Positions 23,809 through 36,689 of a stretch of DNA of 39,495 bases are shown piece by piece (the first letter of the stretch is position 1; each line of letters opens with the position of its first letter). This DNA comes from Octopus bimaculoides (Eukaryota), in contig NC_068992.1 in NCBI RefSeq assembly GCF_001194135.2, forward strand, positions 50,256,870-50,296,364, written 5' to 3'. Position numbers and translations under genes: made by a program. The notes under the pieces were generated by a model. It made no database searches and was not told the DNA's origin. It worked only from the letters and a program-made list of their open reading frames with translations.

Positions 23809-23854
23809 GACACCTGATGAAGGCTGGAGAGTATATCAGCCGAAACGTTGTGTT
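23809..23854 (+). ncRNA. Minimal type I hammerhead ribozyme, Penelope-associated form
   Basis: GACAC (stem I) - CTGATGA - A - GGCTG/GAGAGTATAT/CAGCC (stem II) - GAAAC - GTT - GTGTT (stem I'). Stem III is reduced to the palindrome AACGTT. Core nucleotides are intact. Confidence 0.75.
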
Positions 23855-24275
23855 AACAACAAACAAGATGAGAACAAATATCCATCAATTGTAAATAATG
23901 TAAATAATGTACATAATTCCTCTTCTCTTAAGTATAGAACTGTATTATCTAATCGGTACGGAGCCGACTTTAGACTACAAAGAGGAGAGTAGTTCTGTTT
24001 TAGATCGTAGTTGTGGTGGATTTGGATGGATCTGGGTCTAAGCCCAGTGACTACCAAACCATATTCTGCCGACTCAAAAAGATAAGACACACCGTCATAT
24101 TTGGATATTGTGTTTGTAAAAATAAACAGAAGAATCACGGTCGGAGTGATTTTACTAATAGGTATGAATAACTAAAATTGCATTACATAGAATAAACGTT
24201 GATATATAAACAAGATTACCTGCAAATTAGCAGAGAAGTAGCGAAATCTCATAATTCAATTTGATCTTGGAGAAG

Positions 24276-24317
<42 letters not shown>

Positions 24318-25124
24318 AAAAATTGCAACTTAGTCTCGTCTACAAAAAATCTAGCAATGTTAGAAAACTAACGCTACACTGATTATTATTCATGCTTCTA
24401 CAAACACACCATTTATGTATATACACATTATATACGCTCATGTGTATAATATATGCAAGCATGCACATACATCATGTAATGTAGATATACGACAAAAAAA
24501 AAAAAGCGAAATTCTCTGCACTCAATATGATTCATTTACATACCAACAACACAGATTTTTCAGCAAGTGCTCTCAGCCCAACAACCAATAAAATAACTTG
24601 TTATTTCAACCACCACCTACTAGGAAGAATCCTGTATAAGCAACGTCTACACGTTCGCTCCACCTGCTGGAAATAGCAACTAAAGTTCCCCCAATTTAGC
24701 ATTTTCAACGTTTTTAAAAGCGGAAGAACATATTGGATAATAGAGTCGTTAATATACTCTGTGAGAACCTCCACCCCAGAAATATTGCAATATTTAGCAG
24801 TTTAATACATTAAAGAAGAACAAAATCGTTGATCCACATTTTAAAGGCTTTCAAGATTGGTGAAATGAAGTGGGAGCGGGGAAAGCTATCCTTACACTGG
24901 GGACCACAAACCAGAGTGAACTATGCTAAGAGCACCCAGAGACTAGATGGTGATGTTAAACTGTGCGGTGGTGTTAAGCTCATTACTCAAGAACTCAGGG
25001 CGCAAAGAGTCAGTACGAACACCGCAAAGCATCTCTTCAGATGGTTTAACATTGCGCCATTGAAAGGGAACGCGCGTAACTACAGAAAGAAATGTTTCTT
25101 AAGTTTGTAATTCTATTGCTTCAG

Positions 25125-25163
25125 CGGGACACATTGTATGAGAAGACTATCTTTAAATTGCAA
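25125..25163 (+). CDS. Candidate 39-nt exon (RDTLYEKTIFKLQ)
   Basis: Acceptor ATTCTATTGCTTCAG, donor CAA|GTACAT; phase 0 to 0 open. Confidence 0.22.
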
Positions 25164-25959
25164 GTACATTCCAACTGTGGAACTTCAGTACAGTTTCCAT
25201 CTACCCAATTTCACCCCCGACGTATGAGGCGAGTCGAGTCTATGACACTTGTCCAAGATGCTAGCTTCTTAACGATTCGTCATACTGCGCTACTATAAAT
25301 AGATGTGTCTATGTACATAGACATACCTATATAAGTATACAAGTACGTACCTNNNNNNNNNNNNNNNNNNNNNNNNNNNNNNNNNNNNNNNNNNNNNNNN
25401 NNNNNNNNNNNNNNNNNNNNNNNNNNNNNNNNNNNNNNNNNNNNNNNNNNNNNNNNNNNNNNNNNNNNNNNNNNNNNNNNNNNNNNNNNNNNNNNNNNNN
25501 NNNNNNNNNNNNNNNNNNNNNNNNNNNNNNNNNNNNNNNNNNNNNNNNNNNNNNNNNNNNNNNNNNNNNNNNNNNNNNNNNNNNNNNNNNNNNNNNNNNN
25601 NNNNNNNNNNNNNNNNNNNNNNNNNNNNNNNNNNNNNNNNNNNNNNNNNNNNNNNNNNNNNNNNNNNNNNNNNNNNNNNNNNNNNNNNNNNNNNNNNNNN
25701 NNNNNNNNNNNNNNNNNNNNNNNNNNNNNNNNNNNNNNNNNNNNNNNNNNNNNNNNNNNNNNNNNNNNNNNNNNNNNNNNNNNNNNNNNNNNNNNNNNNN
25801 NNNNNNNNNNNNNNNNNNNNNNNNNNNNNNNNNNNNNNNNNNNNNNNNNNNNNNNNNNNNNNNNNNNNNNNNNNNNNNNNNNNNNNNNNNNNNNNNNNNN
25901 NNNNNNNNNNNNNNNNNNNNNNNNNNNNNNNNNNNNNNNNNNNNNNNNNNNNTATATAT

Positions 25960-26020
25960 ATTCTTTTATTCTTTTACTTCTTTCAGTCATTTGACTGCAG
26001 CCATGCTGGAGCACCGCCTT
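25960..26020 (-). mobile_element. SINE family B, 3' end
   Basis: CAGTCATTTGACTGCAGCCATGCTGGAGCACCGCC. Confidence 0.9.
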
Positions 26021-26026
26021 TAACTT

Positions 26027-26325
26027 TGGCTAAGTGTCTTCTACTATAGCTTCAGGCCGACCAAAGTCTTGTGAGTGAATTTCGTAGCCGGAAACTGAAA
26101 GAAGCCCGTTGTGTATACAATCACACACACACACACACACACACACGTGTGTGTGTGTGTGTGTGTGTTTGTGTGTGTGTTTGCGTCCGTATTTGTCCAC
26201 CCTCCATTACCGCTTGACAACCGGTGTTGGTGTGTTTACGTCCTTGCAGCTGAGCAGTTTATCAAGAAGACACGGATAGAATAAGTACTAGGCTTAAAAA
26301 AACTTCTGGTGTCGATTTGTTCGAC
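26027..26325 (+). mobile_element. SINE family B body
   Basis: AAGTGTCTTCTACTATAGC...GGAAACTGAAAGAAGCCCG...CGCTTGACAACCGGTGTTGGTGTGTTTACG...AAGTACTAGGCTT. Confidence 0.9.
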
Positions 26326-26328
26326 ACA

Positions 26329-26380
<52 letters not shown>

Positions 26381-26802
26381 CACACACACAAGATTGTCTC
26401 CATAAAGAAACCACATCAGTGACTCAAAGGTCGAAATTTTCGTGCAAGTGCACTTACTAAATTTTCTGATGAGTGCATTTACACGAAACTCTCAACAACC
26501 GTTGAATATAGTGATGCCAGTTTATATAATAATATAATAAAATAATACAACATAATATAATATATAATAAAATATTTCTTGCGCGCGCGTGTATGTGTAA
26601 CTGTGCATGTGTACACACACACACATACATATACACATACACACGCATATATAAAGCATGTGTGTTAGATGGTAGCAGCAATAAACTTCTGCAGTTCGTT
26701 GCTACACTGAAGTTATACAAGTTGTTGAAATACTCCGCCAGATCTGAATCTAAAATGTTGCGTTATTGAAATTTATAATCATCACGTAGATTTGTTTATC
26801 AG

Positions 26803-26852
26803 AATGGTTGGCATATCATTCGCTGTGTGGAATTGTTGACTGACTACCACAA
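26803..26852 (+). CDS. Candidate 50-nt exon (NGWHIIRCVELLTDYH, phase 0 to 2)
   Basis: Acceptor ATTTGTTTATCAG and donor AA|GTGAGT; only frame 0 is open across the whole exon. Confidence 0.38.
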
Positions 26853-26959
26853 GTGAGTGTCTTCTAGAAACATCTAAGATTATATATATATATATATTTT
26901 ATATACGAGCGAAAATACATTGAAAAAGAGAAATATTCCTGTTAATTTGTTATGTTCAA

Positions 26960-27096
<137 letters not shown>

Positions 27097-27209
27097 AACA
27101 GAAAAGAAGACAAAAGAAAGAAACAAACAAACTAACAAATAAACAAAAAGAAAACCTTATAGAAATAATTAATTATACTGCTGTTACCCTTCGTATGAGG
27201 ATACGGAGT

Positions 27210-27520
27210 TGCTGATGACGATGATGATGATAATGATAATGGTATTGATGATGATGATTATGATGATTTAAATGAAGATGGTGATGTAGATACTGACGAT
27301 AGTGCTGATGACGACAATGATGATGATGATGATGATGATGGTGGTAGTGGTAATGATGGATATGATGATGATGATGACGACGATGACGACGACGATGACG
27401 ACAACAACGATTATGATGGTAACGGTGCCACCGACGGCGACAACAAAGATAATGATGGTGGATATGATGATGATGATGATGATGGCAGTTATGATGGTTG
27501 TGGTGGCGGTGGCGATGGTG
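27210..27520. repeat. Degenerate (GAT/GAC/GGT)n repeat
   Basis: Direct reading. Confidence 0.88.
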
Positions 27521-27828
27521 TTTACCAACAGGTCAGTGATGTTCGAGCTGACCTGTGATCAAAGCCATAGCTTATAGATTCTAAGAATTTTATAAAAGTA
27601 GTTGTAGATATTGGCGAATGCATTGATTCTTTCAAGCCCTAAGCGTTTTAGATGTATCTCTAATTTTTGCGTAGGCTTTTGAACTTCAAGATTTCTCTGT
27701 TGCTTTTTGCGGTATTCAATGAAAGGAAGAGCGTCTGATGAAAGGATACTTGAATGAACATCTAAGTGGAAGCTGCAAAGTTTTCGTTTTGTATTCCTCT
27801 CTTCCTGAGTGACTTTTGGTGGTTAAGT

Positions 27829-28185
27829 GGAGGCGCAATGGCCCAGTGGTTAGGGCAGCGGACTCGCGGTCATAGGATCGCGGTTTTGATTCCCAGACCG
27901 GGCGTTGTGAGTGTTTATTGAGCGAAAACACCAAAACCTCCACGTGGCTCCGGCAGGGGATGGTGGCGAACCCTGCTGTACTCTTTCACCACAACTTTCT
28001 CTCACTCTTACTTTCTGTTTCTGTTGTGCCTGTAATTCAAAGGGCCAGCCTTGTCCCACTGTGTCACGCTGAATATCCCCGAGAACTACGTTAAGGGTAC
28101 ACGTGTCTGTGGAGTGCTCAGCCACTTGCACGATAATTTCGCGAGCAGACTGTTCCGTTGATCGGATCAATTGGAACCCTCGACG
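27829..28185 (+). mobile_element. tRNA-derived SINE family C, near full length
   Basis: A-box TGGCCCAGTGG 27839-27849 and degenerate B-box GGTTTTGATTCC 27882-27893; body matches 20690-21003. Confidence 0.93.
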
Positions 28186-28329
28186 GTGGTTAGTTTTCGA
28201 AGTAAGAATGTTTGCTTGGCATGTTTGTTTGACATTGTGTTACTCGAGATTCGAATTGTTGATATGAAGTGTGGTGCGACTAATGTAATTGGATGGAAAG
28301 AAATGGTCAGAATAATGTCTTGGTTAAAG

Positions 28330-28600
28330 ACCACCCTTCGGTCATGAATAACCATGGGATTGCATCTAGAAAGTTATCCCAGAGACACAAGTCCGGGCAA
28401 GGTTGTTTGTAGAAGACCAGCATTCGCCCATGCATACCAAACTTCCCTCTCTACGTCACCGATGTTATCCAAGGGGAAAAGGCAAAGGCCGATACAGCTT
28501 GGTACCAGTGATGTCGCAACTCATTTCTACAAATGAATGAACTCAAGCAGTGCGAAATGAAGTGTCTTGCTCAAGAACACAACACATAGCCCCGATCAGG
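28330..28600 (-). mobile_element. SINE family D-related copy
   Basis: GAAATGAAGTGTCTTGCTCAAGAACACAAC is the reverse complement of the TTGTGTCCTTGAGCAAGACACTT-type segment. Confidence 0.7.
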
Positions 28601-29221
28601 AAAGAGTAATATTTTTCATTATATTCTCCTGTCTTTGGCGGCTTATTTAGGAGAGTGTTTCACTGGTTTTGCAGTATGGGTATGTTCCTTGAGGTTATAA
28701 TTATGATTTGGAGTACGGTGTAAACGTTGTTATTGTTGATATTGCTAATTAGTTTATACAGTTTCACTGCATATTTTGTGATTTATGTTGGATAAAAATG
28801 CCAGTTTTCTGTATTTCTATGGTTTATTTTGAAAGTTTTGTTTTGTTGTTTCTTTATTTTGAGTTTGATACAGTGTTTTATTTCGGTTTTGCTTCGTGAT
28901 GACCCTGGTTTTTATGCGTTTGACTATTTGTGAGGTTTAATTGGCATTAAATATATTATGTTGCATTGTGGGATATTTTTTATAGACGAGCCAATATTTA
29001 TTTTGTTGAAAATATGTACAATAGTGTTTATGATGGTAATTTTAGCGTTGTTGAATCAAGAGGTTGACTATTTCTGAATTATATATATTACGTTGCTTTG
29101 CAGGGTATTTCTTAAAGACGAGTCTACGATTGGACCAAACTAATTCTCTGAGTTTATTTATTCTAAAAAGTGTATTCTTACGAGCGTTAATTTTGTGCTG
29201 TTGATATCATAAGACGTTATA

Positions 29222-29429
29222 AGGCGCTGAGCTGGCAGAATCGTTAGCATGTCGGGCAAAATGCATTACAGCATTTCGTCCGTCTTTACGTGCTGAGTTT
29301 AAACTTCGCCGTGTTCGACTTTGCCTTTCATCCTTAACATAAGTACCACCAGTTGAACACTGGGTTCGATGTAATCGTCTTACCCCCTCCCAGTAACTGT
29401 TGGCCTTGTGCCAAAATTTGAAACCAATG
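29222..29429 (+). mobile_element. SINE family A, full length
   Basis: GGCGCTGAGCTGGCAGAATCGTTAGC...GGCCTTGTGCCAAAATTTGAAACCAAT. Confidence 0.92.
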
Positions 29430-29741
29430 TCCTAAGTTTTGAGAGAATGTGAAATAATAATTTTTTGGAACAGTAAATATCGAAGGAGGTCTGGGTTCGA
29501 GTCCCACACGACCATTCAAAGAAAATTTTTAACCCAATATTTGCACACTATTATAGCTTTATTTGCTTCCAGATCCACCGTTCCAAAAAATGTTGCCATG
29601 ATTTAGAATAGTTATGAAAGTACAGAATTATGCTGTGTAGTGAATTATAGCACACAGTAAAGCAGGGTTTGGATTTTTGGAAGAAAGCTGTATTTTGAAT
29701 AAAAAATATGTTTGTTGATTATATTGTATCATGTGAAGATA

Positions 29742-29950
29742 TGGCGGAGAGCTGGCAGGTTCGTTACCGCGCCGGACAAAATGCTTAGTGGCATTTATTC
29801 TATCTTTGCGTTCTGAGTTCTAGTTCCGCCCAAATGGAGTTTGCTTTTCATCCTTTCGGGGTCATAAGTACCAGTTAAGAATAAGAATCGATGTGATCGA
29901 CTATCCTCCACCCCAACAAAATTTCAGGACTTGTGTCTATAGTAGAAAGA
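29742..29950 (+). mobile_element. SINE family A
   Basis: GGCGGAGAGCTGGCAGGTTCGTTA...CCTTTCGGGGTC...GTACCAG...TTGTGTCTATAGTAGAAAG. Confidence 0.9.
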
Positions 29951-29964
29951 GTTATACTGTATGA

Positions 29965-30190
29965 AGATGCGTGGTCTAGAGGTTAGGGTGTTGCTCTCAC
30001 GATGCTGCGATTGAGATTTCGATTTCAAGATCTGCGGCATGTTGTGTCCTTGAGCAAAGCACTTCGTATCACGTTGCTTCAGTCCACTCAGCTGCGACGG
30101 GCTGCGAGGACTAGCGTACCGTTCAGGGGGAATGTTGGCCAGTCCACTTAGCCAGCGGGTCGGCATCATTCAAATGCTACAACAACGTGA
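29965..30190 (+). mobile_element. tRNA-derived SINE family D
   Basis: A-box-like GTGGTCTAGAGGTTAGG, then TTGTGTCCTTGAGCAAAGCACTT...CAGTCCACTCAGCTG. Confidence 0.75.
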
Positions 30191-30386
30191 ACAAAATTCT
30201 GGCTGGAACAGTGATACAGTGACAATCTGTTATATTTACTCAAAAGCTCTTAAATTCTTGAAGAAATAAAATTAGACAGTCAGTTTTTCTTTTAAATTTC
30301 TTTCTTCAGTATTTATGTCTCATATTTTTTTTCAATAAATGTAATTATATCTTTACGTATACTTAATAAAATTTTCTTTAATGCAG

Positions 30387-30502
30387 TCTTACTAGACTTA
30401 GTTCAAGACTTCTTATATCAGCTCATTTGACAGAACCCAGATGCTTCGAAACATTTCCATTGACAGAATCAAAGAATCCAGCACTGTATTTCAGTTCAAT
30501 GG
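30387..30502 (+). CDS. Candidate 116-nt exon (LTRLSSRLLISAHLTEPRCFETFPLTESKNPALYFSSM, phase 2 to 1)
   Basis: Acceptor ATTTTCTTTAATGCAG, donor G|GTAATA; open in the frame continuing 26803-26852. Confidence 0.28.
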
Positions 30503-30846
30503 GTAATAACCAGATACTTTTACATAGAGATCTTCAAAGAAATCACTTAAAATCAGATACCGTCTCTTAATAATCGATAGCTTTTTCAGGAATGTAATTC
30601 AAAGTATTTTCCAATAAAATAGAAGCTCGCTTATAACTTCACTCTATATATTTGTCGCTGTCTTGGGTGCGCGAATTTATTTTGGATCACCAAGATTCCT
30701 GGCATTAAAATTACTCGTAGACCAATATTGATTTCTTCAATATTCACCGATACTCAAGCGGAACTCGTTATGTGAACCAATAAAATGTTGTGAATGAGTT
30801 GAAGTCATCCGAAACGTTTGAAAGAACGTCATGAAATAACTCAGAT

Positions 30847-30899
<53 letters not shown>

Positions 30900-31640
30900 N
30901 NNNNNNNNNGACATCGACACTGGATCGAATCAAGATTTGTGTACGTCAAGAATTTGATTCCGCTATACTCACAGTTCATTTATTCAATCATTTATTTATT
31001 TATCTATTTTCACGCTGAAATATTTTCGCAAAGAATTCACTTACGGAAAGAATTCTAAAAGTAAAGAATAGATAAAATAAAATACACAAAAAGTCAAAAT
31101 AATGACATAATATGAAAGAATGCTATGTCAGAGAAAAAATTCAAAAAAGATTAAAGGAAAATGAATAAAATAAAAGCGAAAAGAATGATAAGAAAACAAA
31201 GCTGCTATTTGGATTGTATTTGTTAAGAATATCAAAACATAGAGACGTGGCGTTCCTCAAGTAAGAATAATAAACAATGAGAAAAGAATTATGTTAAGTT
31301 ACAACTCATGTTCTGCCACACGAAGCTCAGGACCTCATAACAGAATATATGCTGCCAAGAGAAACACACATGACTTACATAACGAAACTGCCACACGATA
31401 TAAAGAAAGACATTTCGTAAAGTTCAGAGAACCTTCACAAATTCTTCTGCTTCTAGGGAAACCGTTTTGTTTTAATAATATAGTTAGTAATTCTTGTTGG
31501 TAGGCTGGTTAGTTTGTTTATTAAGGAGAAGAATCGGTCGCCGAGCCAAATATCTTGCAGTAGTCATGTTTTCGTACTTTACACGGTCGATTTTTCAGTC
31601 CCATTATGAGCAACATCGATGAAACAAGTATAGCTATAAC

Positions 31641-31858
31641 ATATTGGTTTCAAATTCTGGTACAAGGCCAGCAATTTCTGGAAGGGGGAAAGTCGATTAT
31701 TTTGACCCGACTGCTCAACTGGTACTTATTTTATCGACCCCGAAATGATAAAAGGCAAAGTCGACCCCGGTGGCATTTGAACCCAGAACGTAAAGACGGA
31801 CGAATGCCGCTAAGCATTTTGCTCAGGCATGCTAACGATTCTGCCAGCTCGCCGCCTT
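31641..31858 (-). mobile_element. SINE family A, full length
   Basis: ATTGGTTTCAAATT...ACTGGTACTTATTTTATCGACCCCGAAA...GCTAACGATTCTGCCAGCTCGCCGCCTT. Confidence 0.93.
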
Positions 31859-32234
31859 ACATACTGGTAATACATTGGTTAGATAAAACTTAGAATTACA
31901 AGGAACTGGTGTTTGCTTTATCACGGAGCTTTCATCTGTTATAGATTTGTGTGATGCCACATTAAAAGAAATATTTGTTACGAGCCAACATGAGAAAAAG
32001 GCATCTACAGGTTTGTTCTTGATGCTGGAAATAACAGTCACCTATGAATGAAACTAATCTCGCTCTACAACGGTGTTTCTTAGAGAGTGCGACGTATGTC
32101 ACTAGTGCGTGATAAAGAGTATCTAAGCACTCTATGGATTAAAAAAAGTATAACCTAAAGGTTTCGAAAATCTATACTTATCTTGGAGTGTATTGTAAAA
32201 CTTGCTATTCATTCGCTATTAGCGACGGAAGTAG

Positions 32235-32480
32235 TATCAGAAGAAGAAAAGGAAGCAGAAGAAAGAGAAGAGGAGGAAAAGAGGAAGAAGAAGACGAAGA
32301 TTAAAGGAGGAGAAGACGAAGAAGAAGAAGAAGAAGAAGAAGAAGAAAAGGGGAAAGATGAAAAATGGGAAGACGAACAAAAAGAGAGAAAGGAAGAAGG
32401 AAAGGAAGAGAGAAGAGAAACAAAAAAGAGGAAAAGGAGGAGGAAAAGAAGAAAAGGTGGAGGAGAAAAGAAACAGAACA
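32235..32480. repeat. Purine-rich (GAA/GGA) low-complexity tract
   Basis: Direct reading; source of the E/K-rich ORF 32183-32488. Confidence 0.85.
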
Positions 32481-33353
32481 AAATTTAGAGCAGGACTGGG
32501 ATTTTGTTATCGACCATTCGAATTTAAAATTTAAAAGCTGACCACAGCAGGATTCGAACTCAGAGCGCAGGGAACATAAACGCTTCAACGCTCTAACAAT
32601 TGTGTTACTTCAACTTCGCTGCCTAATCATCACACAACCTGCAGATTAGAAAAAGGAAGAGAAAATATATAATTAGACAGAATGTAAAGAGATAGTAGTG
32701 TGGTAGTTTAGGTTGTAGTATTACCGGTGGTGGTAATGCTGTTTGATGATTGTGATGTTGATGTTNNNNNNNNNNNNNNNNNNNNNNNNNNNNNNNNNNN
32801 NNNNNNNNNNNNNNNNNNNNNNNNNNNNNNNNNNNNNNNNNNNNNNNNNNNNNNNNNNNNNNNNNNNNNNNNNNNNNNNNNNNNNNNNNNNNNNNNNNNN
32901 NNNNNNNNNNNNNNNNNNNNNNNNNNNNNNNNNNNNNNNNNNNNNNNNNNNNNNNNNNNNNNNNNNNNNNNNNNNNNNNNNNNNNNNNNNNNNNNNNNNN
33001 NNNNNNNNNNNNNNNNNNNNNNNNNNNNNNNNNNNNNNNNNNNNNNNNNNNNNNNNNNNNNNNNNNNNNNNNNNNNNNNNNNNNNNNNNNNNNNNNNNNN
33101 NNNNNNNNNNNNNNNNNNNNNNNNNNNNNNNNNNNNNNNNNNNNNNNNNNNNNNNNNNNNNNNNNNNNNNNNNNNNNNNNNNNNNNNNNNNNNNNNGAGA
33201 GAGAGAGGGAGTCAAAGAGAGAAAAGTCTAACAGGAAAATATGTGAAATATTAAGCGGGAGAAAGAATGGGGGGGGGGAGTAAGCGAAAGGCTCACACAC
33301 ACACATATGTAGAGGGAGATGAGAAAGAGTAAGAGAGCGTGTGCGTTTGTGTG

Positions 33354-33409
<56 letters not shown>

Positions 33410-33921
33410 GGATAGAGAATGGTGCGGAATGTTAGTGGAGATGAAATTAAACGAAAGCTGAGCTCAGAGATTCTGAAGGTAAAAAAAAATGGCAATTATG
33501 CGTTGTGGATTATTGAAGGTGTTAGTAGAATGATTTATGTTGATGTTGTTGTTGTTGATGTTTTTTACTGCTACAAGTGTTGTTGTTGCTGCTGTAATTA
33601 TTGTCAATTCTGATTGAGCACTCATGATCAAAAGCTTCCCGGCCATTGACCGTCTGATATGTTTTTCATATGCAGTAAACCTTGGATTACATACATTACC
33701 CAAAACCTCATCCGTTTTCTTTAAAGATAACAGAATATAATTCGAAAGAAGTTTGGCAGCTATTTCTCACAGGTCAAGCAACTACGTAAAGACGCCATTG
33801 ATATCAACGCTTAATTTTCTATAAGACAATGAACCACACGTGACTACATCAATCAACCAATCCTGAAACACATGATATCTCCTCTACTGGCCTTATTAAC
33901 AGAGACCCCTGGTTAACCATT

Positions 33922-34100
33922 TGAGGCGTCGAGCTGGCAGAACCGTTAGTACTTCGGGCAAAATGCTTAGCGGTATTTCGTCCGTCTTCGCGTTGTGAGT
34001 TCAAATTCCGCCAAGTTCGATAAAATAAATACCAGTTGAATATTGGGGTTAATGCAATCACCTATCCCTCTCCCCAAAATTTCAGGCCTAGAGTAGAAAT
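33922..34100 (+). mobile_element. SINE family A with internal deletion
   Basis: GGCGTCGAGCTGGCAGAACCGTTAG...GAGTTCAAATTCCGCC...TACCAGTTGA...CAGGCCTAGAGTAGAAA. Confidence 0.88.
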
Positions 34101-34174
34101 TACCATTATTTGTGTATGATCTATTTCATTTTTATTTTACATTTTACCATTCCAATATCATTATTTTCATCTAC

Positions 34175-34320
34175 CTTTACTCTTTTTTTCTTTTACTTGC
34201 TTCCGTCATTTGACTGCGGCCATGCTGGAGCACCGCCTTTAGTCGAGCAAATCCATCCCAGGACTTATTCTTCGCGAGCCTAGTACTTATTCTATCGGTC
34301 TCTTTTACCGAACCGCTAGG
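34175..34320 (-). mobile_element. SINE family B, 3' part
   Basis: CATTTGACTGCGGCCATGCTGGAGCACCGCCTTTAGTCGAGCAAATC...CCGAACCGCTA. Confidence 0.92.
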
Positions 34321-34563
34321 TGGCTAAGTGGTTAGGGTATTCAGCTTGTGATTGTAAGGTCATGAGTTCCATTCACGCTGGTGCGTTGTGTCTTTAAGCA
34401 AGACGCTTAATTTTATGTTGCTCCAGTCCACTTAGCTGTACCTGTGTATTTCAAAGGACCAGCCTTGTCATATTCTGAGTCACGCTGACTCTCCAAGGGA
34501 ACTACGTTAAGGGTATGCGTGTCTGTGGAGTGCTCAACCACTTGCACGTTAATTTCACGAGCA
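34321..34563 (+). mobile_element. tRNA-headed SINE with family C/D tail
   Basis: TGGCTAAGTGGTTAGGG head; tail CAGCCTTGTC...AACTACGTTAAGGGTATGCGTGTCTGTGGAGTGCTCAACCACTTGCACGTTAATTTCACGAGCA. Confidence 0.82.
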
Positions 34564-34599
34564 CCACAGACAAGCAAGCATTCTACGATTCATTATCAG

Positions 34600-35185
34600 C
34601 AAATCCACCACCACCACCACCACCACCACCACNNNNNNNNNNNNNNNNNNNNNNNNNNNNCAAAGGTAATAACACTTCGGCAATAGAATTCCTCATACAC
34701 GATTGCCGCAGCCACCGCCGCCGCCGCCGCCGCCGCCACCACCACCACTGACAACAACAACAACAACAACAACGTCGTTATTAGTATCAACGGCGTCACC
34801 AACTTTCGTTATCACCGCTATCTACATAATCATCATTATCTTTACTATGTCTACCTCCAAATAAGACCACCACCACTGCCGCTACCGCCGCCACTACGAA
34901 CTATTCCATAGCGATGATATTGATCGTCGTTCCTTAGCATGAACCATTGCAATTATCTGTGGCACCCACCACCGTCACCCCATGATTATGATGCGGACGA
35001 TGATCATCGACATGATGATGATGATAATGATGATGATGATTATCATCATCATCTTCATCATTGTCGCCATCGTCGTCGTCAATATCGTTATAATCATCAT
35101 CCTGAACCATTAGGATTGGCTGTGACACCCCACTCCCAACCACCACCACCACCATCACCACCAACGCCGCCGCCGCCGCCGCTAC
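34600..35185. repeat. Mixed (CAC/CGC/CAA/CAT/GAT)n trinucleotide repeats
   Basis: Direct reading. Confidence 0.9.
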
Positions 35186-35397
35186 TTCTTTGCTACTTTC
35201 TATCATCAATATCGTATATCTGTCTCTGCACCCGGAGACCTCCTGTACTAATATCATCCATTCACCATATAGTGTTTATAGTGCATTGCCGAAGCGTGAA
35301 GACCAGATACCAACACATCGTCGTCACTGCTTTATGCGTTGGAAACCATGATGAAAATATAGGGCAAGAAAGAGAGGAGGAAGAGATAGACAAATAA

Positions 35398-35430
<33 letters not shown>

Positions 35431-36144
35431 NNNNNNNNNNNNNNNNNNNNNNNNNNNNNNNNNNNNNNNNNNNNNNNNNNNNNNNNNNNNNNNNNNNNNN
35501 NNNNNNNNNNNNNNNNNNNNNNNNNNNNNNNNNNNNNNNNNNNNNNNNNNNNNNNNNNNNNNNNNNNNNNNNNNNNNNNNNNNNNNNNNNNNNNNNNNNN
35601 NNNNNNNNNNNNNNNNNNNNNNNNNNNNNNNNNNNNNNNNNNNNNNNNNNNNNNNNNNNNNNNNNNNNNNNNNNNNNNNNNNNNNNNNNNNNNNNNNNNN
35701 NNNNNNNNNNNNNNNNNNNNNNNNNNNNNNNNNNNNNNNNNNNNNNNNNNNNNNNNNNNNNNNNNNNNNNNNNNNNNNNNNNNNNNNNNNNNNNNNNNNN
35801 NNNNNNNNNNNNNNNNNNNNNNNNNNNNNNNNNNNNNNNNNNNNNNNNNNNNNNNNNNNNNNNNNNNNNNNNNNNNNNNNNNNNNNNNNNNNNNNNNNNN
35901 NNNNNNNNNNNNNNNNNNNNNNNNNNNNNNNNNNNNNNNNNNNNNNNNNNNNNNNNNNNNNNNNNNNNNNNNNNNNNNNNNNNNNNNNNNNNNNNNNNNN
36001 NNNATATATATATATATATATAAATGATTGGTGGGAAATATGCTATATCTGTCTGTCTGTCTGTTTATTATACTGTGTGTGCACGTGTGTGCATATACAT
36101 GTATACAAACATATGCAATTCATACACACATTTGCATATATATG

Positions 36145-36227
<83 letters not shown>

Positions 36228-36249
36228 GTATGTATCCATTTATATATAC

Positions 36250-36586
36250 ACCAAACCTGGGAACCAAACCGTTAATCCGTCAATCGTTAATTAACGAAGT
36301 TGACATTTTCGATAACGATTTTAAGTTAACTTTGGAAATCCTTATCCGACTAATTAACTTCCGTTAATTGAAGTCAATTTTATAGTTTTGGCACCTTTTA
36401 AAGTTGTTTTTAGGTGGTTTTAGAGCAAAAATTGATTTTTTGTTTTGTTTTCTACGATAAAATTAACGTTAACGGTTTATCGATAACTTTCGTTACATTA
36501 GGAAATAATTAACTAATCAATGGTAATCAAAGTTAACGTTTCGGTTAACGAAGTAAACTTTTCGATTAGCGGTGCCAACCATTGGT
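36250..36586. mobile_element. Probable MITE rich in GTTAAC/TTAATTAA palindromes
   Basis: Imperfect termini ACCAAACCTGGG and GCCAACCATTGGT; repeated GTTAAC/TAACG subterminal motifs; flanked by TA/CA repeats. Confidence 0.45.
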
Positions 36587-36689
36587 ATATACATACACAT
36601 ACATACAAACATATGCACACATATACACACATATCTATCAATATATACATACATAAATACATACACACAAACAAACAAACATACATACT

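Noticed and set aside
27735-27775. CTGATGA as a further hammerhead
   Set aside because: No GAAA and no convincing stem II follow.
27829-27900. tRNA gene
   Set aside because: This is the tRNA-derived head of a SINE: degenerate B-box, continuing into the multi-copy SINE body.
28620-29200. Strand-skewed T-rich block, possible old Penelope or L1 ORF on the minus strand
   Set aside because: No diagnostic motif could be recovered.
32183-32488. 101-aa E/K-rich ORF
   Set aside because: Low-complexity purine tract with a non-ATG start.
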